A stretch of DNA of 20,000 nt. Origin: Mayamaea pseudoterrestris. Lineage: Eukaryota. The stretch covers positions 1,099,185-1,119,184 of the forward strand of contig BROI01000008.1 in the NCBI GenBank assembly GCA_027923505.1, written 5' to 3'. The number at the start of each line of letters is the position of its first letter. Position 1 is the stretch's first letter. This document shows positions 13,301 to 20,000 of this stretch, in pieces. Position numbers and translations under genes: made by a program. The notes under the pieces are model-generated. The model ran no database searches and was not told where the DNA came from. It saw only the letters and a program-made list of their open reading frames with translations.

Positions 13301-13640
13301 ACCCTACTTGTTTCAGTCTCAGTCACACCACAGCCACTGCCAGAATAGCTGCTGTTTTCAAAGTTCCAAGCCTTGGACCTTGTCAAGCACCTTCTGTGGA
13401 CTTGCAGTAACAGGTTCAGATTATTGCTGGCCAGGTTGCATCACTATACAAATCCCATCTGAAACTTTGATGTGGTGGAACCACTTGGAGGAACCTACTT
13501 GCTATATTCACAAATAACCACCAACTGACTGGCTTCCAAATTGGAACATCTCAACCTTTGACTTTGTCAAACATCTTATCCTGATTGCCATGGCATGCTC
13601 AGAATCATGCTAGCAAGGTTGGATCATCACATAAATCCCA
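1348..13640. repeat. Tandem satellite, ~371-bp unit, 33 full copies plus a 53-bp partial copy (family S1)
   Basis: Unit starts (CCATGGCATGCTCAGAATC...) at 1348, 1719, 2090, 2461, 2832, 3203, 3574, 3946, 4280, 4651, 5023, 5394, 5778, 6149, 6520, 6891, 7262, 7636, 8010, 8381, 8752, 9123, 9494, 9865, 10236, 10607, 10979, 11350, 11723, 12097, 12468, 12842, 13213, 13588. Head-to-tail, near-identical copies with abrupt ends. Confidence 0.99.
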
Positions 13641-14044
13641 TTCCTCTTATGTTTGTTGATATTTTGAGCCAATGCTGTGGTGACTATCACCCCGATATCC
13701 ACCAGCCTGTCTGCCATGGTGGGACTGGGCAGATCCAATAACTCGTTGGATCTGCCAGCGGTGCACCTCAAGTGGCACTTCAGACTGCCAGAATGGCCTG
13801 CCAACTCTGGAATACTAAAGACATTATGTTTTATAATGGATAAGGATGATGCAAAGGCTTGTCACTAGGGGTGTGTAACCCATTCCTTTGCCATGAGACT
13901 CTGCACATTCCACAAATGATTGAATGTGCCAGCGGTGCACCCTTTTTGGCTCAGGAATCATCTGTGTTGCCCGCGGAGCCCACCAATCCATTTCATTTCA
14001 TGTTTGATGTCATGATGGGCAAATGCGTTGGTCAGTTGCACCCA
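13641..14044. repeat. Degenerate ~174-bp tandem repeat, about 2.3 copies (family S2)
   Basis: TGCCAGCGGTGCACC occurs at 13753 and 13927 (offset 174). Each is preceded by TGCCATG..GACT..GCA. An ATGTTT-containing motif recurs near 13646, 13823 and 13997. Confidence 0.6.
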
Positions 14045-14897
14045 GAATGTCACGGCATCTGTGGGCTAAGACTGGTAAGAAGTTCTAACCAGTCACATCA
14101 CAGTCTACTGGTTCACCAGCCAGGCACACCATCTTGTAGCGCAACCTAAATAAAGATGTTGGCACCATTCTGGTGTGATTCGGGTGTATACATGGCATGT
14201 TGTATGGGCAAGTAAATGTCACATCAGCAGCATGCTGAGACTGGTGACAACTTGTCACCAATCACATTGCAGTCTACTGAGACACCAGCCAGTCATACCA
14301 TCTTGTAGCGCAGCCTGAAAAATGATGCTGTCATCATTCTGGTGTGATTTGGGTGTATGCATGGCATGTTATATGGGCAGTTGAATGTCACGGCATCTTT
14401 GGTTTGAGACTGGTAAGAAGTTCTCACCAGTCACATTGACGTCTACTGAGACACCAGCCAGGCATACCATCTTGTAGTGATCACTGAATAATGATGTTGG
14501 CACCATTCTGGTCTGATTTGGGTGTATACATGGCACGTTATATGGGCAATTGAATGCCACGGCATCTATGAGCTGAGACTGGTGAGAGGTTCTCACCAGT
14601 CACATTGCAGCCTACTGAGACACCAGCCAGTCATACCATTTTGTAGCGCACACTGAATTAATGATGTTGGCACCATTATGGTGTGGTGGGGGTGTATACA
14701 TGGCATGGTATATGAGCATTTGAATGTCCAGGCATCTGTGGGCTGAGACTGGTGACAAGTTGTCACCAATCACATTGCAGTCTGCTGAGACACCAGCCAG
14801 GCATACCAACTTATAGTGCAGCCTAAATGATGATGTTGGCACCATTCATGTGTAATTTGGGTGTATACATGGCATGTTATAGGGGCAATTGAATGTG
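14045..14897. repeat. Tandem repeat, 169-bp unit, 5 copies (family S3)
   Basis: (G/A)AATG(T/C)CAC-like unit starts at 14045, 14214, 14383, 14552 and 14722, with a sixth start fragment at 14891. Shared blocks include GAGACACCAGCCAG, GATGTTGGCACCATT and GGGTGTATACATGGCA. Confidence 0.95.
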
Positions 14898-16160
14898 CTG
14901 GCTGGAGTGTCTGCCTACCCATCCAACTGATGCTACAAGTCTGCAGGAAATGAGATGTATGCACCAATTGCACCACATTCTAGTCAGAAGGCATATCCAT
15001 TTATGAATTGATGGATAAGGACTATGAGGGGAAGTGCCTGGAGGTTGCACTTTAGCACCATGGAGCTTATTACTCTTTGAATGTCTGCCCTCCCAAACAA
15101 CTGATGCTACATGTGAGCATTGAATGATTGTTATGCACCAATCTCACCGAATATGTGTCCCCAAGCATAGCAAGAACAGAATTCATGGAACAAGACTATT
15201 GGGGGTAGTCGTTGAAGGCCACACACTGTAGCACCATGGAGCTGGTTACTGTGCGGATATTTGCCCTCCCAAACAACTAATGCTACATGTGAGCTGGGAA
15301 TGATTGTTATACACCAATTCCACCGCATACAAGTCCCAAAGGATAGCCTAAACAGAATTCATGGAACAAGACTATTGGGGGCAGTCTTTATAGGCTACAC
15401 ACTGTAGCACCGTGGAGCTGGTCACTGTGTGGAGGTTTGCCCTCCCAAACAACTGATGCTATATGTGATCTGGGAATGCTTTTTCTGCACCAATCTCATT
15501 GCAAACCTGGTCCCAAAGCATAGCCAGAACAGAATTTATGGAACAAGACTATTGGTGGTAGTCTTTATAGGCCACACACTGTAGCACCATGGAGCTGGTC
15601 ATTGTGTGGAGGTTTGCCCTCCCAAACAGCTAATGCTACATGTGAGCTGGGAATGATTGTTATGCACCAATCTCACCAAATACGTGTCACCAAGCATAGC
15701 CAGAACAGAATTCATGGAACAAGACTATTGGGGGTAGTATTTATAGGTCACACTGTAGCACCATGGAGCTGGTTACTGTGTGGAGGTTTGCCCTCCCAAA
15801 CAGCTGATGCTACACGTGAGCTGGGAATGATTGATATGCAACAATCTCACCGCATATGTGTCCTTGAGCATAGCCAGAACAGAATTCATGGAACAAGACT
15901 ATCGGGGGTAGTCTTTATAGGCCACACACTGTAGCACCGTGGAGCTGGTTACTGTGTGGAGGTTCGCCCTCCCATACAACAATTGCTGCAAGTGAGCTTG
16001 AAATGGTTTTTATGCACCAATCTCACCGCATATTAGTCTTAAAGAATAGCCAGACAGAATTGATGGGAAAACGCTAACAATGGCAAGATTTGAAGGCCAC
16101 ACACTTAGCACAATGATGCTACCGATAGTCACTGCTTGGGCATCTGCCCTACCATTCATG
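14898..16160. repeat. Tandem repeat, ~176-bp unit, about 7 copies, edges more diverged (family S4)
   Basis: GGAACAAGACTA marker at 15187, 15363, 15540, 15716 and 15890, with degenerate versions at ~15013 and ~16065. Shared blocks include TGTAGCACCATGGAGCTGG, GGTTTGCCCTCCCAAAC and ATGCACCAATCTCAC. Confidence 0.93.
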
Positions 16161-16671
16161 CATAAGGATCTACATATAGTAGCATCAACAACGCCAAAAT
16201 CAACTATAAAAGAATTACAAGCTGCTTTATGCAACTGGGTTTATGAGTTTTTTTTAAATTCTGCACCGTCGAACCTTGATCCACTTTACATTGGCGTCTC
16301 AAGTTTCTTAGAGCCGGCAATTTTGTTTGCCCATGAAGCCAAGCTTTGAAGTACTCCATCGTCTTCCTTTCAATCAAGACGTTCCTCTTGAGCCTGCAAG
16401 AATGACAATACGAATGACGCGGTGTGAGCAAATCTGTCAAAACGGATGAACCAATACTAACATCGATAGTCAAGAAGCGCATCAGTGTTAAAAAGCTCGA
16501 TTTCATATAATCACCATTGCAGAGAGCTCAGACCCTCAGGATAGAATGAAACATTGTCATCATCAGCGTCGTTTATCATTTAATCCCCCGCCACATTTAC
16601 TTACTTCTCTACCTTGGTTTTACCTGTCAATTGACATCTATTTCGACACGAACAACCCTTTGTAGAGAGGT

Positions 16672-17396
16672 TCAAGCCTGAGATACGCTGAATCCAAACA
16701 TGCGTCGGCCAAGGATGACCATTGCGATAGTTTGATGGCTCGTCGCCTCGTCGTCTTCGTCATGCCAGGTGTGTACATGAGTGCGTAGATGCATGTAATG
16801 GCGGCGGGCCGACGTAAGGCGTCGCTCGGTCAACAACGGTCGAACGATATGCATCAAACCGATCACATCGTCCTCATCCTCGAATAATGTCTGATGCTTT
16901 TCTCCACTGCAAGTGACCGTCAAACATTTATCGTTGGAGATATGATGTTGCTCAAGGAAGCTGAAGGGAAAACGAATGGTTCCGCGACACATCGTCGCGC
17001 GTCGGACCTCAACCAATCAATGCGTGACAGGGGACCAATTCGAAACCTTTTGTGACCTCACTGTCAAATTGACACTTTCCTGGTTCTCTGCCTTATTCTC
17101 GCCAAGGTAAAAAAGAGATTGCGACAGTAGAAAATGGAAGACTGCAATAGTCTTGCATGGTCTCGAGCCAAGGGAGATATGTCCCTTGTCTCGAGCGTTG
17201 TGAAGCGTTGGTGGTTGTCATCACCATCCAGCGACAGTGAAAAGACGTGATGACGTTTTGGTGTTCTCGCTTCGTCGCATCTCGCTCCATGCAATCTGCA
17301 ATCATCAATCGACCACACCCAATCCTTTAATGCTACAACATAATGCGCCTCGCACTGGCTCAACCCCGCAATAAATCCTACTGCGGACATTGGCAA
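16672..17396 (-). pseudogene. Possible degraded minus-strand coding remnant of unknown identity
   Basis: CpG-rich unique sequence with nearby minus-strand ORFs (17064..17396 and 16672..17016). The frame of the latter continues upstream through a single TGA at ~17017-17019. No recognisable domain. Confidence 0.15.
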
Positions 17397-17496
17397 TTAC
17401 GGCCTCATAACTGTCATTCTGCTGTTTTTCCTTTAGCGGCGGGCCTCGTCAAACATGCCCAAACGCACCCTTTCTTCGTCAGCTGCGTCTTCCAAG

Positions 17497-17662
17497 TGTT
17501 GAGCATGGATGAGAACCCAAACCGAAGCGGCAGCGGTGACGTCACGAAGACGGTCACATTTAAGTAAGCGCGGTAAGCGGCAACCGAAGGAGTGGATCGA
17601 GGACGATCACTTCTTGGAGAAAATAAGTAAAGTGGTTTTATTGACTCTGTTCTGCTTAATCA
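17497..17662 (+). repeat. Putative 5' LTR (166 bp)
   Basis: Begins TGTTGAGCA and ends TGCTTAATCA (TG...CA with imperfect terminal inverted repeats). Contains a TATA-like ATTTAAGTA (~17558) and an A-rich AAATAAGTAAA near the 3' end, and lies 72 bp before the gag ATG. The second LTR is outside the window, so boundaries are unconfirmed; the predicted TSD is CCAAG (17492-17496). Confidence 0.6.
17536..17545. promoter_or_regulatory. CRE-type palindrome GTGACGTCAC in the putative LTR
   Basis: Perfect 10-bp palindrome containing TGACGTCA, the canonical bZIP/CRE site, just upstream of the TATA-like motif. Function is inferred. Confidence 0.35.
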
Positions 17663-17734
17663 TTAGTGTCGCTTCAAGGGCGCGCAAGATATATTCTAGA
17701 TCCAACATTTTCTCCAAGAAGCGAGTGAAAAGAC

Positions 17735-18866
17735 ATGTCTTCGACGAGCAATACTCCGACGACAGGAGCGGCGTCGAGCGGTGGAGGTGCACCTCCCGCT
17801 CCGCCAGCAAGCGAAGGAAACCGACGCAACCGTCATTATCGTCGTGGGAATCGTGCTGGGAATCGTTCCGGGAATCAAGGCAATGGTAACAGACTCAACG
17901 GACCGAGTCGTGCGCCGAGTGGAAATTTCCAAGGAAGCGAGCCGACGCTCGCTGGATTCATCTACGACTATAACGGTTCGCGCGATCCCGATGGATTCAT
18001 CCGTACGACGAACGAGATCATCACTTTCGTCGGGCGCTCCTACAAGAAATATACCAAGGAGCTGCTCAAGGGCATGCGCAACGTGGAACTGGAGATTCCT
18101 GACGAGCCTGCACGTCCAACGAAGGATGCCGACACGACGGACTCGGACTGGTCCATAATGCTCGAGGAATACAAGGCCGACAAGAAAGAGCATGTCGAGC
18201 GCGTGCGTGTATACTCCGACTTCCTCGCTGGTCTCTACGCCGTGTTGCATGGACAATGCACGGAGCGTATGAAGGATCGTGTCAAGTCGCACGCCAAGTT
18301 CCGAGACGCCGAGGAGGACACGGACGGAATTAAGTTGCTGGCGATTATCAAGGAGATCTCGCATACGTACGAAGGGCGCTGCAAACTTGTGGATCAAGTC
18401 GTGGACATTCAAGCTGAGTTGTTCGACGTACTCAAGGAGCGCGCGAAAGCCTGCAGAAATATTACGAAAGCATGGTCACGCTGGCAGACGTGGCGAAGGC
18501 GGTTGGCGTCACGATGCACAACGAGATTGTGGCGTTGAACATTGCCAAGGATGACAATCGTAACAAGGCGAACAAGGAGGATATCAAGGCCGCCGAAGAG
18601 CTCGAGCTTGCGATGCTTTTCGTGCGTGGCGCAACGGGCGAATACGCTGGGTATTGCAAGCACTTGCGCAACTGCTACCTCGACGGGCACGACAACTTCC
18701 CGTTGACGATCCACGATGCATACAACATCATGCAGCGTCGTGAGCATGCGGATGGAGAAGCCACGTTGCCAACGAACGAGGGCGTGGCGTTTCACACGAC
18801 TGGTACAGCGCGTGACCCTCCCAGATGCTGACCTGTCAACAGGTTGGTCATGTGCAGCGAGACTGT
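17735..18866 (+). CDS. gag: Copia Gag (capsid-like region plus CX2CX4HX4C zinc knuckle), frameshifted at ~18424 and ~18830
   Basis: ORF 17735..18538 joins the 18472..18831 frame (...TQGARESLQKYYESMVTLADV...). Restoring one G at 18830 gives C-W-T-C-QQVG-H-VQRD-C at 18826-18866. Confidence 0.85.
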
Positions 18867-18989
18867 CCTACGAGAACGGAGTCTACGGAGAGTGCGCCGG
18901 CTGCAGAGGCTAGTGGGCGCAGCACTTCACGCTGGGTAGCGAGGAAGAAAGCGATGACGACGATGAGGTCGGATACATGTTCGCGCAGC

Positions 18990-19340
18990 CGCCGAAGGTG
19001 AACATCTCGAAGAAGGCTGTGCTCTTGGACAATCAGTCGACAGTGGATCTGTTCTGCAACGCCAAGATGCTGACGAACATTCGCCCGGTGCCAACGTGGA
19101 TGGTGACTGGTGCAACGCTGGTACAGTAAGGACGAACATGATGGGCGACCTGGAGGGCTATGGTCCGGTGTGGTGGTATCCGCAGGACTGGCGAACATTT
19201 TGAGTTTGGCGCAAGTCCGCAAGAAGTTTACCGTGGAGTATCTCATGCACGGCGTGGATCGTCCAATGTTCGTTGTGGAGAAGCCGGATGGTAAGCAGCG
19301 AGAGTTTGTCGAGACTGACTCTGGGCTGTATGTTTGCGAG
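18990..19340 (+). CDS. pol: Retrotransposon aspartic protease domain, frameshifted
   Basis: VNISKKAVLLDNQSTVDLFCNAKMLTNIRPVP (catalytic D codon at 19028), then CNAGTVRTNMMGDLEGYGPVWWYP and ANILSLAQVRKKFTVEY...FVETDSGLY after 1-nt shifts at ~19107 and ~19185. Confidence 0.8.
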
Positions 19341-19429
19341 AGCTTTTCGAAGGGCAAGCGCAGCGATGTCAAGGATGGAGTGGCGATGTTGACTACGGTA
19401 GACGATAACCGTACTAACTACACCAATGA

Positions 19430-20000
19430 TGACTATTTACGCGCTGTTAGAGCTAGGGAACTGCAAATCAAAATTGGACGGCCAAGCCTCAAGGATTACC
19501 TGCGCATCGTTACTAGCAATCAGTTGCCGAACTGTCCTGTGACGAAGGCCGACATCCTGGCTGCTGAGCACATCTTTGGACCAGATGTTGGCTCGTTAAA
19601 AGGAAAGACGACGCGTCGCGCGTCGCATCTGGTGAAGCCTGCGATTGTTGAGCAGCTTCCACCGGCTATCATGAGTCGCTATCGAGACGTTACTCTTTGT
19701 GCTGACATCATGTATATCAACAAAGTCCCTATGTTGGTGACGTTCTCCCGCAGCATTCGTTTTGCTACGGTTGAGGTGATTCAAAACCGTACGCTTCCGG
19801 TTATGTTGAAGGCAATCGAGTCTGTGTTGAAGATTTACGCACGCGGTGGGTTCCGTGTCGTCGCGGCTCTGATGGATGGGGAGTTCGCTCCAATGCTTGG
19901 CGCGTTGGCTGATCTCGAGTGGCGCTCAATGCGACATCTGAGGATGAACACGTTGGCGAAATTGAACGTTTTATCCGTGTCGTGAAAAGAACGGGTGCGC
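19430..20000 (+). CDS. pol: Retrotransposon integrase, partial, DDE core
   Basis: VRARELQIKIGRPS...NCPVTKADI...; LCADIMYIN (first D), LMDGEF (second D), and, after a shift at ~19917, NATSEDEHVGEIERFIRVVK (E). Confidence 0.85.

Larger units (their letters stand above)
17497..20000 (+). mobile_element. Ty1/copia LTR retrotransposon, diatom CoDi-like, 5' portion (continues past the window)
   Basis: Order is LTR, gag, CCHC, protease, integrase; integrase directly after protease is the copia order. Motifs FQG..LAGFIYD, LHGQCT..MK, LLDNQST..LFCN, ANILSL, NCPVT..DI..AE.IFGPDVGSLKGKT and DEHVGEIERFIR resemble diatom copia elements. Confidence 0.92.

Noticed and set aside
1758..13517. Repeated 62-aa (minus) and 82-aa (plus) ORFs as a tandem gene family
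   Set aside because: They start at non-ATG codons, overlap on opposite strands, are lost or frameshifted in many units and simply follow the satellite period.
1348..13640. Tandem 5S rRNA, tRNA or snRNA gene array
   Set aside because: No recognisable 5S, cloverleaf, A/B-box or snRNA sequence on either strand by eye; an Rfam cmscan would be the formal test.
14075..14103. Intron-like GTAAG...CTAAC...CACAG in S3 units, suggesting a repeated exon-intron gene
   Set aside because: Only 29 nt long, the AG is lost in unit 3, the remaining 140 nt is not a multiple of 3, and the unit consensus has stops in all three frames. The motif is largely explained by the palindrome.
1348..16160. CRISPR array
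   Set aside because: Whole units are repeated, with no unique spacers and no cas genes; the context is eukaryotic.
16080..16506. ORFs of 89 aa (plus) and 100 aa (minus)
   Set aside because: Short, with no motifs; the plus ORF begins inside the decayed S4 repeat.
17138..17160. Minus-strand CAAGACTATTG-CAGTCTT resembling the S4 hairpin
   Set aside because: Similarity is short, with no flanking homology to the S4 unit.
17696..19372. Minus-strand ORFs of 238, 128 and 174 aa
   Set aside because: Antisense shadows of the GC-rich copia gag-pol frame.

Overview
Eukaryotic, repeat-dense (heterochromatin-like) window, probably from a diatom or other stramenopile; this is inferred only from the CoDi-like Ty1/copia protein motifs. 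Layout: (1) 1-1347 is a CpG-rich segment with a minus-strand hypothetical ORF that has one frameshift, runs off the left edge and is preceded by three hairpins. (2) 1348-13640 is a homogeneous tandem satellite of 33 full ~371-bp units plus one partial unit. Each unit is a diverged dimer of ~188+183-bp halves, and the array shows local higher-order repeats. (3) 13641-~16160 holds three more abutting tandem families with periods of ~174, 169 and ~176 bp, each carrying hairpins; two show compensatory base changes between copies. (4) ~16160-17496 is unique sequence. (5) 17497-20000 is the 5' part of a Ty1/copia LTR retrotransposon (putative 166-bp LTR, gag, CCHC knuckle, protease, integrase), broken only by single-base indels. 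The many 62-83 aa ORFs in the satellite are by-products of the repeat. The most notable observation is a ~14.8-kb block of four different CpG-depleted, palindrome-rich repeat families that all have roughly nucleosome-length monomers.
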